Assembly: GCA_041821665.1 (NCBI GenBank)
Contig: JBGUDT010000006.1
Location: forward strand, 6,249-70,248
DNA: 64,000 bases
Direction of reading: 5' to 3'
Source: Anaerolineales bacterium
Lineage (GTDB): Bacteria; Chloroflexota; Anaerolineae; Anaerolineales; E44-bin32
The notes under the pieces were generated by a model that was not told where the DNA came from, ran no database searches, and saw only the letters and a program-made list of their open reading frames with translations. Below are positions 35,776 through 45,700 of the stretch, piece after piece. Within the stretch, counting starts at the first letter, position 1; each line of letters starts with the position of its first letter. A program made the translations under genes and the position numbers.

Positions 35776-36744
35776 ATGCCTGATAAACCCGCGATCAAAA
35801 CCTCCGGGTTGAGCAAAACCTTCAAGAAAGGCAAGCACGAAGTACACGCTGTCCGGGACTTGAACCTCGAAATTCAACCGGGGCTGGTTTTCGGGTTCCT
35901 GGGACCAAACGGGGCGGGTAAAACAACGACGATTCGCCTTCTTATCGATCTCATCCACCCCACCCAAGGTTCAGCAGAAATATTCGGGGAGGCCGTTCTG
36001 GGAAACCCGAGTTCGCTCAACCGAGTCGGCACGTTGGTGGAAGATGCAACATTCTACAACTACATGAGTGGACGCTCGAATCTAGAAATCCTTTCCCGAA
36101 CATCAAACATAAACATCCCTCAAAGGATCGATGAACTGTTAGAAAAAGTTCATTTAGAGGAAGACAGAGACAGGCAGGTAGGCGATTATTCCACCGGAAT
36201 GAAGCAGCGGCTCGGGCTTGCTGCAGCCCTCCTCACAGATCCAGATTTGCTCATTCTGGATGAACCTACAAATGGCCTCGACCCAGGGGGGATCCTGGAA
36301 ATGCGCTCATTTATCCGCGACCTGGTATATGGTGACGGGAAAACGGTCTTCCTCTCAAGTCACCTGCTGAATGAAGTTGAACAAGTGTGTGACCGTGTGG
36401 CGATCATCAGTGAGGGGGTGATGATTCGAGAGGGGGCAGTCAAAGATCTTCTCTCCGAAGGTACAGCACTTCTGGAAATTGAAGTTGCCCCGGTAAAACA
36501 AGCCATCGAAGCGCTGAAACCGCGTAGGTCTTCTATCCTCGAGATCAAGCGGCGAGATGGGTCTTCCCGCGCCTGGATAACGCTCGATGTTCCTGAGGAA
36601 GAAACTCCCGAGGTGGTCTACCGATTGATCGAGAATAAAATCCGTGTGTATCAGGTGATCAACCGCAAGCCGTCGCTGGAAGAGTATTTCTTAACCGCAA
36701 CTGCAGAGAAGGATCCTGCTGCGAAGAAGGAAACCTCCCCGTGA
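35776..36744 (+). CDS. ABC-2 type transporter ATP-binding protein
   Basis: Starts MPDKPAIKTSGLSKTFKKG. Walker A GPNGAGKTT, signature YSTGMKQRLGLA, Walker B LLILDEPTNGLD. Confidence 0.9.
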   Translation: MPDKPAIKTSGLSKTFKKGKHEVHAVRDLNLEIQPGLVFGFLGPNGAGKTTTIRLLIDLIHPTQGSAEIFGEAVLGNPSSLNRVGTLVEDATFYNYMSGRSNLEILSRTSNINIPQRIDELLEKVHLEEDRDRQVGDYSTGMKQRLGLAAALLTDPDLLILDEPTNGLDPGGILEMRSFIRDLVYGDGKTVFLSSHLLNEVEQVCDRVAIISEGVMIREGAVKDLLSEGTALLEIEVAPVKQAIEALKPRRSSILEIKRRDGSSRAWITLDVPEEETPEVVYRLIENKIRVYQVINRKPSLEEYFLTATAEKDPAAKKETSP

Positions 36745-37634
36745 ACTTATTTCTGGCCGAATGGATGAAGGTCAACCGAAACTACAAAGTGGTCGCCTTT
36801 CTCGTGTGGATAATTCCGATCGGCTTGACAGCCCTCTATCTTGTTTTAATCGGGATGGCTTTGATCGACGATCGCGCGAGCGGCGGACTTGATGGTGTGG
36901 CATCCGGGAAGTGGATCCAGGATGCGGTCAACGTTTGGAACATGGTGATCTTCTTCCCGGGTAATACGGTCGGTAGAATGCTCCCTCTTGCATTTATGGC
37001 TGTGGTGTTCGCTGGTGAATACGAGTGGCGCACCTGGAAAAACACTGTACCCCGCACAAACCGATACCGCTTGATCCTCGTCAAACTGAGCGTGCTTGTC
37101 CTGGTCGTGGTGATCGGGTTTAGCCTCGCATCTCTGATCTCCGGAGCAGCCAATCTCTTCGGTCGCCACATCACCGATGTCCCCTATTCCCCGGTCTTCA
37201 GTCCAACCAGTTTCGGCGAGTTCATTCTTGCCTTTACGAAAGCGACAGCTCTAGGACTGCTATCGATAATCTATCTGGGCACACTCGCTGCATTGGCAGC
37301 GATAATCACACGGTCGATCTTAGGTGCACTGCTCGTGAGTTATGGGCTGTCGCTCATCGATGCTCTCTCGCTGGGAATCCTCGCCCTTATCAAACAGCTA
37401 TTCAATCTTCCTGTTGAACTATTGAATCTCTACCAGCTCACACCCACATATCACATCGAGAATCTCTGGTCATGGGTGTTTTTCGATCAAGCCGCCACCT
37501 CACTTTCGGGCAACCTGGCTATTTTTACCTCTGCACCTAGCATGGCTCTGTCTGCGCTGATCTATGGTCTCTGGATAATGGCGTTGATCGCGGCCGCGAT
37601 CCTCCTCTTTCAACGGCAGGATCTCACATCTTGA
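36741..37634 (+). CDS. ABC-2 type transporter permease
   Basis: 297 aa, about 6 TM helices, 4-nt overlap with the ATPase stop. This is the typical ABC-2 exporter gene pair. Confidence 0.75.
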   Translation: MNLFLAEWMKVNRNYKVVAFLVWIIPIGLTALYLVLIGMALIDDRASGGLDGVASGKWIQDAVNVWNMVIFFPGNTVGRMLPLAFMAVVFAGEYEWRTWKNTVPRTNRYRLILVKLSVLVLVVVIGFSLASLISGAANLFGRHITDVPYSPVFSPTSFGEFILAFTKATALGLLSIIYLGTLAALAAIITRSILGALLVSYGLSLIDALSLGILALIKQLFNLPVELLNLYQLTPTYHIENLWSWVFFDQAATSLSGNLAIFTSAPSMALSALIYGLWIMALIAAAILLFQRQDLTS

Positions 37635-37781
37635 CAACCCCGCTCTTTCCACCAGCTGAATAGCTTTTGCCTCGTACGGAGAGGAGAAAGCCTCGAAATC
37701 AAGTAGCAACTCAAGTCGACGAATGTTGGGAAGATGAGGCGTTCTCCACAGCAATCATATTTTCGAATCGGAGAACCAAAG

Positions 37782-37824
37782 CCCCTCTCCCTGAATAGAG
37801 GAGAGGGGTTGGGGTGAGGGTGAC
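37782..37824 (+). repeat. Full copy of the hairpin + ggttggggtgagggt repeat family
   Basis: cccctctcc-ctgaatag-aggagagggg followed by ttggggtgagggtgac. Compare 15698-15742 (inverted) and 35637-35663 (direct). Confidence 0.75.
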
Positions 37825-37864
37825 TAATATCGACCGTGCACCAACAGCGTTCTCTTGATGACGA

Positions 37865-37893
37865 CTTCCCAGCATGCTACAATCCAAATACCT
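37865..37893 (+). promoter_or_regulatory. Candidate sigma-70 promoter of the hydroxylase super-operon
   Basis: TTGATG (37865-70), a 17-nt spacer, then TACAAT (37888-93). This predicts a ~100-nt leader before ATG37995. Confidence 0.55.
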
Positions 37894-37994
37894 CGGATCG
37901 GAGGTCGGTCGTGGGGCGTGCCTACGAGCGGCGTTGAGCATTCAGGGTCATCGATAAGTGCCAGCCGATCCTCAAACCCTCGCTGAATTTGAGA

Positions 37995-38870
37995 ATGAAA
38001 CTTTGGAACTTATATCAACTCCCGGAAACTGTTGAGGAAGCAGTCGCTCTCCTTGGTGCGCGCACGGCGGTAATTGCCGGGGGCACCGATTTGCTTCTCG
38101 ATCTCCAGCAAGATCGTCACCCTCCTGTTGAAGCTATTGTCGATGTGAATCATATCGATGAGATGCAGAGAATTGAAGAGAGGGAGGATAGCATCTATGT
38201 CGGAGCCGCCGTATCTCTCCATCGGATAATTGAAAGTGACCTTCTTAATCATCATGCTCTCGGATTGGTGGATGCCTGTCGCCGCATCGGGGGACCTCAA
38301 GTGCGAAATGTAGCTACGCTTGGAGGGAATGTGGGTCATGCGTTGCCGGCGGGAGATGGCACGATTGCGCTTATGAGTCTTAATACAGAAGCCCAATTAG
38401 CATCGGAAGAAGGCCGGCGATGGGTTCCGTTGGAGGGCCTCTTCGCAGGACCGGGTCGCCCCACTTTCGATCGATCCCAGGAAATTATTACGGACTTCAG
38501 ATTTTCCAAACGAGCTGCGCTTGAAGGCTCATCATCGACTCGTGTGATGCGACCCCAGGGTGTGGCTATCGCGATATTGAACATGGCCGTATGGCTGCGC
38601 CTCAATAAAGACAGTGAGATTGCAGACGCTCGCATTGCTGTAGGTCCTGCCGGGCCCACGCCTCTCCGGGCTCGAGAGACGGAGATTCGCTTAAAGGGGC
38701 AATCGAAGGGGGAGTCGATGTTTGCATCTGGTGTCGACGGACTTCTTCAGGAGGCGCAGCTGCGCACAAGTCCGTATCGGGCGACAAAGGAGTACCGGCG
38801 GCATTTGCTGGAAGTATTGCTTCGCAGGTGTATGGAGGAGGCGTTCTTATCAGCCCTTCCTGGAAATTAA
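37995..38870 (+). CDS. Xanthine dehydrogenase family FAD-binding subunit (CoxM/XdhB-like), enzyme 1
   Basis: 291 aa. Contains AGGTDLLLDL, NVATLGGNVGHA, and a C-terminal CO_deh_flav_C-like region (ATKEYRRHL). Confidence 0.88.
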   Translation: MKLWNLYQLPETVEEAVALLGARTAVIAGGTDLLLDLQQDRHPPVEAIVDVNHIDEMQRIEEREDSIYVGAAVSLHRIIESDLLNHHALGLVDACRRIGGPQVRNVATLGGNVGHALPAGDGTIALMSLNTEAQLASEEGRRWVPLEGLFAGPGRPTFDRSQEIITDFRFSKRAALEGSSSTRVMRPQGVAIAILNMAVWLRLNKDSEIADARIAVGPAGPTPLRARETEIRLKGQSKGESMFASGVDGLLQEAQLRTSPYRATKEYRRHLLEVLLRRCMEEAFLSALPGN

Positions 38871-38915
38871 TTAACGGCGCATCGTCATTAGGTGATGCGT
38901 TAATTTTGAGGTGGC

Positions 38916-41696
38916 ATGGATTTCATTCTGAATGGTAAAAGCGTCCAAATTGTACCTGAGCCAGGGGAGATGCTGGCTGATCTTCTACGAGTTCGTCTTG
39001 GATTGACGGGCACGAAAATTGGATGCAATGAATCAGAATGCGGTTCGTGCACCGTGCTTATCGATGACGCCCCGATCTTATCGTGCAGCTATCCTGCCCC
39101 ACGGGCGAGCGGGCGTAAGATCCGCACCATCGAAGGACTTAATCAGGACGGGGAGCTTCATCCAATTCAGGAAGCGTTTATTAAACAGGGCGCTGTTCAA
39201 TGTGGGTTTTGCATACCTGGTCAGATCATGACTGCGGTCTCTCTGGTTGAGAAAAACCCAGACCCGAACGAAGATGAGATAAAGAAAGCCCTCAAGGATA
39301 CGCTCTGTCGCTGCGCTGGGTATCCTTCGATCATCGCCGCTATTCAGGATGGCGCACGAGCTCTACGCACCGGCGAACCATTACAAAATGTATCTCTTGT
39401 GGAAGCGGATTCAACAACGGCGATCGGTCATATCCAGCCTCGTCCAGATTCGCGGGCAAAGGTGACCGGGGAAGCGTTGTACGCTGATGATTTTACTTTC
39501 CCCGATATGCTCATCGGAAGGACGCTCAGAGCGGGGATCCCGCATGCTGTCTTGACGAGCTTAGATGTGGGAACCGCAAAAGAACTCAATGGCGTCGCAG
39601 CAGTCCTGACCGCCAAAGATGTTCCCGGAGAACAGAACCATGGGTTGGTCATTCGGGATTGGCCCGTGCTGATCGGCGTGGGTGAGCGAATTCGCTATGT
39701 AGGTGATGCGCTCGCCATTGTAGCCGCCGAGGATGACGAGACCGCACGCCAGGCTCTTGATCTCATTGATGTAACCTACGAACCCCTTGAGGTCGTGAGC
39801 GATCCAGTGCGAGCAAGGTTGGCTGAAAGTCCTGAACTTCACGATCAGGGCAATCTGTTAAAACATATCAAGGTCCGGAAGGGTGATATCGAAGACGGTT
39901 TTAGGGGTGCTGAGATCATCCTCGAGGGAGAGTACCATACGCCCTCCACCGATCACGCTTTTCTCGAGCCGGAGTGCAGTATTGCACGGATCACTGAGGA
40001 CGGGAGAATCGAAGTCGTTGTGGGATCGCAAATTCCATATGCTGATCGGGAGCAAATTGCAGCGTGTCTCGATGTCCCGGTTAACCAGGTCAGGGTTAGG
40101 GGAGCCCTCATCGGCGGCGGTTTCGGAGGCAAGGAGGACATTGCCGGGCAGATCCATGCGGCGCTGCTCGCAAAGGCTACAAATCGACCTGTGAAAATAC
40201 TTTATGATCGTCATGAGAGCCTGATTGTTCATCCGAAAAGGCACGCGACACAAATACGAGTGCGCATGGGCGCCAAACGGGGCGGGGAACTAATCGCGAT
40301 CGAAACCGAGCTTTATGGGGATACCGGCGCATATGCCTCCCTCGGTGAGAAGGTTATGACTCGGGCGATAACACATTCCGCTGGTCCGTATAATCTCCCC
40401 CACGTTAAGGCCGATTGCTATGCGATGTATACCAACAATCCTCCTGCAGGCGCATTTCGTGGATTCGGCGTGACACAATCCTGTTATGCGGTGGAATCGA
40501 TGATGGATCGATTGGCTGAGGAATTGATGATCGATTCCATTGAGATACGGAGGATGAACGCTCTTCAAGTCGGTGATATCACCAACACCGGTCAGCTTCT
40601 CACCGAGAGTGTAGGGCTCCTCGAATGTATCGAGCGTGTTGAGGATGAGCTAAAGAGGGTGTGTAAGGGAGGCGATCCGTTTGCATCCCGGGTTGTGGAT
40701 TCGCAAGAACGAATGCGTCGAGCCTGGGGAATCGCGGCGGCGTATAAGAACACCGGTCTCGGCGGTGGAGCGCCGGATAAAGCTGCTGCTGAGGTAGAGC
40801 TCTATGAGGATGGAACTGCGGAAGTAAGAACCTCTTCGGCGGATATGGGCCAGGGTCTTGTCACCGTCTTACAGCTTATCGCAGCGGAGGAATTCAGTCT
40901 TCACCCGGATAAAGTGCGGGTCTTGCTTTCAGATACAGATTTGACACCGGATGGCGGTCCGACGACAGCTTCACGGCAGACGTATGTAACCGGGAATGCC
41001 GTTCGATATGCATCCGAAGTCCTTCGTCAAGCTGTTACAGCGACACTTGCGGAACGATTTGATGCACCCCCGGATGATGTTCGGTTTGATGAGGGTCTCG
41101 CTCAGGTTAACGGCAGGGAAGTTACCCTGGGAGAATGCGTAAAAATGATGATGTCCGAGGGGAAAGAGCCAGTTGCTTCTTATGAATACTGGGCGCCCGA
41201 GACGCAGCCGTTGGGAGCGGGGGGAGACATGCACTTTGCCTACTCCTTCGCCGTTCAAGCGGCTGAAGTGGAAGTCAATCTTGATACTGGCGAAGTGAAG
41301 GTTTTGCGCGTCATTGCCGCTAACGATGTTGGACGTGTGCTTAATCCTCTGGGCTTGAAGGGCCAGATTGAGGGCGGCGTGATGATGGGGCTTGGCAACG
41401 CGCTAACCGAGGAGTTCATCCTGGATGATGGCGTGATATTTACAGACCGCCTTGCGCGCTATCGGATGCCATCGATCGTGGATACGCCAGAAATTATCTC
41501 TCTTGTGGTTGAGCATCCGACCAGGGACGGTCCTTTCGGTGCGAAAGGCGTAGGTGAAATTTCAAGCATACCCACGACACCCGCGATTACGAATGGGATA
41601 TACAATGCATGTGGCGTGCACATTCAAAACTTGCCCGTGGACCAGGATTGGCTCGCACTTGAACTGGCGAGATTGGAAGGATCAGAAGGTGGATGA
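38916..41696 (+). CDS. Fused [2Fe-2S] + molybdopterin-binding subunit, xanthine dehydrogenase family (XdhD-like), enzyme 1
   Basis: 926 aa. The N-terminus has GCNESECGSCTV, QCGFCIPG and CRCAGY. The Mo domain has IGGGFGGKEDIAG, GAFRGFGV and GAKGVGEIS (candidate catalytic Glu). Confidence 0.9.
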   Translation: MDFILNGKSVQIVPEPGEMLADLLRVRLGLTGTKIGCNESECGSCTVLIDDAPILSCSYPAPRASGRKIRTIEGLNQDGELHPIQEAFIKQGAVQCGFCIPGQIMTAVSLVEKNPDPNEDEIKKALKDTLCRCAGYPSIIAAIQDGARALRTGEPLQNVSLVEADSTTAIGHIQPRPDSRAKVTGEALYADDFTFPDMLIGRTLRAGIPHAVLTSLDVGTAKELNGVAAVLTAKDVPGEQNHGLVIRDWPVLIGVGERIRYVGDALAIVAAEDDETARQALDLIDVTYEPLEVVSDPVRARLAESPELHDQGNLLKHIKVRKGDIEDGFRGAEIILEGEYHTPSTDHAFLEPECSIARITEDGRIEVVVGSQIPYADREQIAACLDVPVNQVRVRGALIGGGFGGKEDIAGQIHAALLAKATNRPVKILYDRHESLIVHPKRHATQIRVRMGAKRGGELIAIETELYGDTGAYASLGEKVMTRAITHSAGPYNLPHVKADCYAMYTNNPPAGAFRGFGVTQSCYAVESMMDRLAEELMIDSIEIRRMNALQVGDITNTGQLLTESVGLLECIERVEDELKRVCKGGDPFASRVVDSQERMRRAWGIAAAYKNTGLGGGAPDKAAAEVELYEDGTAEVRTSSADMGQGLVTVLQLIAAEEFSLHPDKVRVLLSDTDLTPDGGPTTASRQTYVTGNAVRYASEVLRQAVTATLAERFDAPPDDVRFDEGLAQVNGREVTLGECVKMMMSEGKEPVASYEYWAPETQPLGAGGDMHFAYSFAVQAAEVEVNLDTGEVKVLRVIAANDVGRVLNPLGLKGQIEGGVMMGLGNALTEEFILDDGVIFTDRLARYRMPSIVDTPEIISLVVEHPTRDGPFGAKGVGEISSIPTTPAITNGIYNACGVHIQNLPVDQDWLALELARLEGSEGG

Positions 41697-41844
41697 TGCA
41701 TCAAAGATCTATATAGGGAACGTCTGATCATGGATCATGTTTGAAGACCCGGGAAGAGTAGGGTCTCCAGTAAATGTGCCGAAGTACAGAGTGAACCATG
41801 GGGATGCAAGTATCATTAGAACTGTGTACGTATGAATAGGATGG

Positions 41845-43206
41845 ATGGTTATGCTGATCTATAACGCCCGCGTAGTGACCTGGGGTGATACTCCGGAGAT
41901 CCTTGAAGATCACGCTGTGATTATTAAATCCGGCATGATTGATGATATCGGGACGACGGAAGCGCTCTCTAAGAAGTACAGCGGAGATACACGCCTCGAC
42001 GCACGCAACCAGCTCCTCATGCCAGGAAATATTTGTGCTCATACACATTTTTACGGCGCATTTGCACGAGGCATGGCGATCCCGGGACAACCACCGAAAG
42101 ATTTCCCTGCGATCTTGAGCAAGCTGTGGTGGCCATTGGATAAGGCGCTCACCGAAGAGGACGTGCGCTACTCCGCGTTGGTGTGTCTCGTGGATGCTAT
42201 TAAGCATGGGACGACGACGTTGGTAGACCACCACGCATCGCCGAATGCCATCACCGGTTCACTGGATGCCATTGGGAATGCTGTTGATGAATCGGGTCTT
42301 CGAGCGGTGCTGTGTTACGAAGTTACGGATCGTGATGGGAGTGAAAAGGCAAAATTCGGTATTGAGGAAAACCTGCGCTTCCTGAAGAGAATGCGTAACA
42401 ATGGCGTTGCGGGCGGTCGCTTGGCGGGGACCTTTGGTCTCCATGCCAGCCTCACGCTGTCGGATGAGACATTACAATTGTGCCGTGATCGCGCACCCGA
42501 CGACGTTGGATTTCACATCCACGTGGCAGAACATGAAGCGGATGAATATGACAGCCTGGCGAAGTCGGGTATGCGCGTTGTAGATCGACTTAATTCGTAC
42601 GACTTATTGGGGGAAAATTCGATCGTCGCGCATGCGATACATATCGATGCACGCGAAGTTGAGCTGCTTGCAGAAAGCGGCACCTGGGTGACTCACCAAC
42701 CGAGATCGAACATGAACAACGGTGTTGGCGTCGCCGAGATTGAGTCTCTGATCCGTGCGGGTGTGAGGGTTTGCCTCGGCAATGATGGATTTTCAAATGC
42801 GATGTGGGAGGAATGGAAAACCGCCTATCTCTTACACAAAGTATGGCATCGAGACCCACGCCGCATGCCGGGTGACCTGGTGGTGAAAATGGCAGTGGAG
42901 AATAATGGCGCCCTCCTGGGAAGATTCTTTCAGGATGGTCCCCTCGGTACGATCACGCCAGGCGCCTATGCAGATCTAATCCTCGTGGATTACCATGCGA
43001 CAACCCCGCTTACAGAAGGGAATCTACCATGGCATATCCTGTTTGGATTTCACGAGTCGATGGTCACATCGACGATCGTCGCTGGAACGCTGCTCATGCA
43101 CGACAAGAAATTGCTCACGTTGGATGAAGCCGAGATTACAGCACGGTCTCGCGAATTAGCGCCTGATGTTTGGGATCGTTACCAGGCATTCGTACCGGCA
43201 GATTGA
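41845..43206 (+). CDS. ssnA: SsnA-type amidohydrolase (putative aminohydrolase of selenium-dependent hydroxylase clusters)
   Basis: 453 aa. Contains LIYNARVVTWGD...MPGNICAHTHFYGAFARGM, HVAEHEADE and GNDGFS. Confidence 0.8.
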   Translation: MVMLIYNARVVTWGDTPEILEDHAVIIKSGMIDDIGTTEALSKKYSGDTRLDARNQLLMPGNICAHTHFYGAFARGMAIPGQPPKDFPAILSKLWWPLDKALTEEDVRYSALVCLVDAIKHGTTTLVDHHASPNAITGSLDAIGNAVDESGLRAVLCYEVTDRDGSEKAKFGIEENLRFLKRMRNNGVAGGRLAGTFGLHASLTLSDETLQLCRDRAPDDVGFHIHVAEHEADEYDSLAKSGMRVVDRLNSYDLLGENSIVAHAIHIDAREVELLAESGTWVTHQPRSNMNNGVGVAEIESLIRAGVRVCLGNDGFSNAMWEEWKTAYLLHKVWHRDPRRMPGDLVVKMAVENNGALLGRFFQDGPLGTITPGAYADLILVDYHATTPLTEGNLPWHILFGFHESMVTSTIVAGTLLMHDKKLLTLDEAEITARSRELAPDVWDRYQAFVPAD

Positions 43207-43227
43207 CGACCGAGAAATGGAGATAGC

Positions 43228-43887
43228 ATGACCGAACGTTTGATCCTCACCATCGGACTTATTGGGGGAACTGGAAACCTGGGTCCAGGTTTGGCAACAC
43301 GCTGGGCGAGCGCAGGCTATGGCGTCATCATCGGCTCTCGCAGCGAAAAAAAGGCTCAGGGGATCGCGGAAGAGCTAAATACGAAACTCGACATCGAGAG
43401 CATCCGGGGAATGAAGAACGAGGATGCTATCGAAGCAGCAGATATTTGTGTCCTGACGGTGAACCATTCTGCTCACGGGAAGACCATTGAAGTGATCAAG
43501 GATCATCTTGGAGGCAAAATCCTGGTCGACGCGACCGCAAGGGTCGATTTTCGAGATCCGGTCCCACCAGACCCTCCAGCAGCCGCCCGGCTCGCCCAGG
43601 ATGTTATCGGAGAGGCCGGCAGGGTGGTAGCTGCGTTTCAGACAGTTCCTGCCCACGCACTTCAGGAAAATATCGGCATGCCGCTTGACCTCGATGTACT
43701 CGTATGTGCGGACGATGATGAAGCCGCTGCCGAAGTCGTCAAACTGGTCAAAGGCGCGGATATGCGTGCCTATTACGCTGGGAAACTGGACAACGCTATT
43801 GTAGCGGAAGGGATGACTGCTCTACTTATCGCGATGAATAAGAAGTACGAATCCAGGACCGGGACCATTCGAATCTCGGGGTTATGA
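43228..43887 (+). CDS. npdG: NADPH-dependent F420 reductase
   Basis: 219 aa. Rossmann motif IGLIGGTGNLGPGLATRWASAGYGVIIGSR, and a C-terminal GTIRISGL typical of Fno/NpdG. Confidence 0.85.
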   Translation: MTERLILTIGLIGGTGNLGPGLATRWASAGYGVIIGSRSEKKAQGIAEELNTKLDIESIRGMKNEDAIEAADICVLTVNHSAHGKTIEVIKDHLGGKILVDATARVDFRDPVPPDPPAAARLAQDVIGEAGRVVAAFQTVPAHALQENIGMPLDLDVLVCADDDEAAAEVVKLVKGADMRAYYAGKLDNAIVAEGMTALLIAMNKKYESRTGTIRISGL

Positions 43888-44669
43888 ACGCACAGAGCGC
43901 ATCTTCACTCGTCCTTACGGCTCTTTCGGGTATTCCGGTTGTCCAACCCGGTGATGACCTGACCAAACTAACGATCACAGGACTGAGTGACTCTGGCATC
44001 GCTCTCTCACACGGCGACGTTTTGGTGTTCGCGCAGAAAATTGTATCTAAAGCTGAGGATCGTTTCGTCAATCTTGACAAAGTCACGCCATCATCTAAGG
44101 CGAAAAAGTTAGCTGATGAAACTGGCAAAGATGCGCGGCTGGTTGAAGTTATCTTACAGGAAAGTGTGCGTGTCGTACGTACTCGGGAAAATCTCATCAT
44201 TGTGGAGCATCGGTTGGGCTTTGTGTGCGCCAATGCTGGCGTGGACCATTCGAATGTCGCCTCTCCAAGTGGTCAGCCAGGGGAATGGGTCTTGCTCCTC
44301 CCAGAAAATCCTGACGAATCGGCTCAACGCTTGTGGAAAGAAATCCAGGACAGCACGGGTGCAAACATCGGTGTATTGATTATCGACTCGCATGGGCGCG
44401 CCTGGAGACTTGGGACCGTGGGGGTTGCGATTGGAATCGCTGGTTTCCCTGCATTGTTGGATATGCGAGGCAAGCCGGACCTCTACGGAGACACTCTCAT
44501 GGTTACGCAAGTGGGTCTCGCGGATGAGGTGGCTGCTGGGGCTTCAGCACTTATGGGTCAGGCTGATGAAGGTCGCCCAATTGTGCATGTGTGCGGACTC
44601 CCGTATGAGCTGCGTGAAGGCAACTTACGTGAACTGATTCGACCGAAAGACGAAGACCTGTTTCGATAG
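43884..44669 (+). CDS. cofE: Coenzyme F420-0:L-glutamate ligase
   Basis: 261 aa. Contains PGDDL, VFAQKIVSKAEDR, GFVCANAGVDHSNV and IIDSHGRAWRLGTVGVAIG. 4-nt overlap with npdG. Confidence 0.9.
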   Translation: MNAQSASSLVLTALSGIPVVQPGDDLTKLTITGLSDSGIALSHGDVLVFAQKIVSKAEDRFVNLDKVTPSSKAKKLADETGKDARLVEVILQESVRVVRTRENLIIVEHRLGFVCANAGVDHSNVASPSGQPGEWVLLLPENPDESAQRLWKEIQDSTGANIGVLIIDSHGRAWRLGTVGVAIGIAGFPALLDMRGKPDLYGDTLMVTQVGLADEVAAGASALMGQADEGRPIVHVCGLPYELREGNLRELIRPKDEDLFR

Positions 44670-44690
44670 GTTAATGTGCAAAGGTACCGT

Positions 44691-45089
44691 ATGGAACTTA
44701 TTCCCAACTCTCACCTAGATCTTCTCCAGGACGACCGAAAAGCCATAGCCATACTTTCGACGGTTATGGCGGATGGCAGCCCCCAATCCACACCCGTATG
44801 GTTTGACACTGACGATGGTTTGATACGGGTGAATACCGCCCATGGGCGTGTGAAAGACAATAACATGACCCTTCGACCGCAGGTGGCCGTGGTCATACTT
44901 GATCCAGAGTCGATATATCGCTATGTTCAGATCCGAGGTCTCGTTGTGAAATCATCGGAAGATGGCGCTCGAGCGCATATTGATTTACTGGCGAAGAAGT
45001 ATCTCGGACAACGGACTTACGAAAACTACGATGGAGAGACGCGTGTGATGTATTTCATCAAACCCATCTCCGTCAGCGTGATGGGATGA
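44691..45089 (+). CDS. PPOX-class (pyridoxamine-5'-phosphate-oxidase fold) probable F420-dependent enzyme
   Basis: About 132 aa. Split-barrel signature ILSTVMADGSPQSTPVWFDTDDGLIRVNTAHGRVKDNNM. The start could be GTG44676. Confidence 0.75.
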   Translation: MELIPNSHLDLLQDDRKAIAILSTVMADGSPQSTPVWFDTDDGLIRVNTAHGRVKDNNMTLRPQVAVVILDPESIYRYVQIRGLVVKSSEDGARAHIDLLAKKYLGQRTYENYDGETRVMYFIKPISVSVMG

Positions 45090-45700
45090 TGGACTCAAAC
45101 AAAACATTCTCTGAAGTCGTTGTTGGAAGACGGTCGATAAGGGTATTCAAGGATACGCCCGTACCCCGGCACGCCCTGGAGTCAGCGCTAACCTACGCTA
45201 CGTTTGCGCCTTCGGCACACAACCGTCAGCCATGGCGATTTGCCGTAATCACCGACAAAGAACAGAAAGTCAGTCTGGCGAATTCCATGGGGCAGAGGCT
45301 GAAGCGAGAACGCGTACAGGATGGCGATGACCAAACGGTGATCGAAAAGGATTTAGCCCAATCCTTCACAATGTTGACAAAAGCGGGTGCGATCATACTA
45401 ATTTGTCTCACCATGGAGGATATGGATTCTTACCCGGATGCTCCTCGGAATCTCCATGAACTGCATTTGGCCATTCAGAGCGTGGCCATGGCAGGTCAGA
45501 ATCTGCTGCTCGGTTTGCAGGCTGAAGGCCTTGGAGCTTGTTGGATGTGTGCACCGCTCTTCGCCCCAGAAGAAGTTGCAGCCTGTTTCGATCTGCCTAC
45601 ATCATGGGAACCGCAGGGGCTCATCATCGTTGGATATCCACTTAAGCCGGCGTTGAAAAAGGACCATAAATCCACCGAGGAATTAATTAAGTGGCTTTGA
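45086..45700 (+). CDS. Nitroreductase-fold protein, stand-alone equivalent of the FbiB C-terminal (dehydro-F420-0 reductase) domain
   Basis: 204 aa. Contains RRSIRVFKDTPVPRHALESALTYATFAPSAHNRQPWRFAVI and GACWMCAP. It lies between cofE/PPOX and cofD with 4-nt and 10-nt overlaps. Confidence 0.7.
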   Translation: MMDSNKTFSEVVVGRRSIRVFKDTPVPRHALESALTYATFAPSAHNRQPWRFAVITDKEQKVSLANSMGQRLKRERVQDGDDQTVIEKDLAQSFTMLTKAGAIILICLTMEDMDSYPDAPRNLHELHLAIQSVAMAGQNLLLGLQAEGLGACWMCAPLFAPEEVAACFDLPTSWEPQGLIIVGYPLKPALKKDHKSTEELIKWL

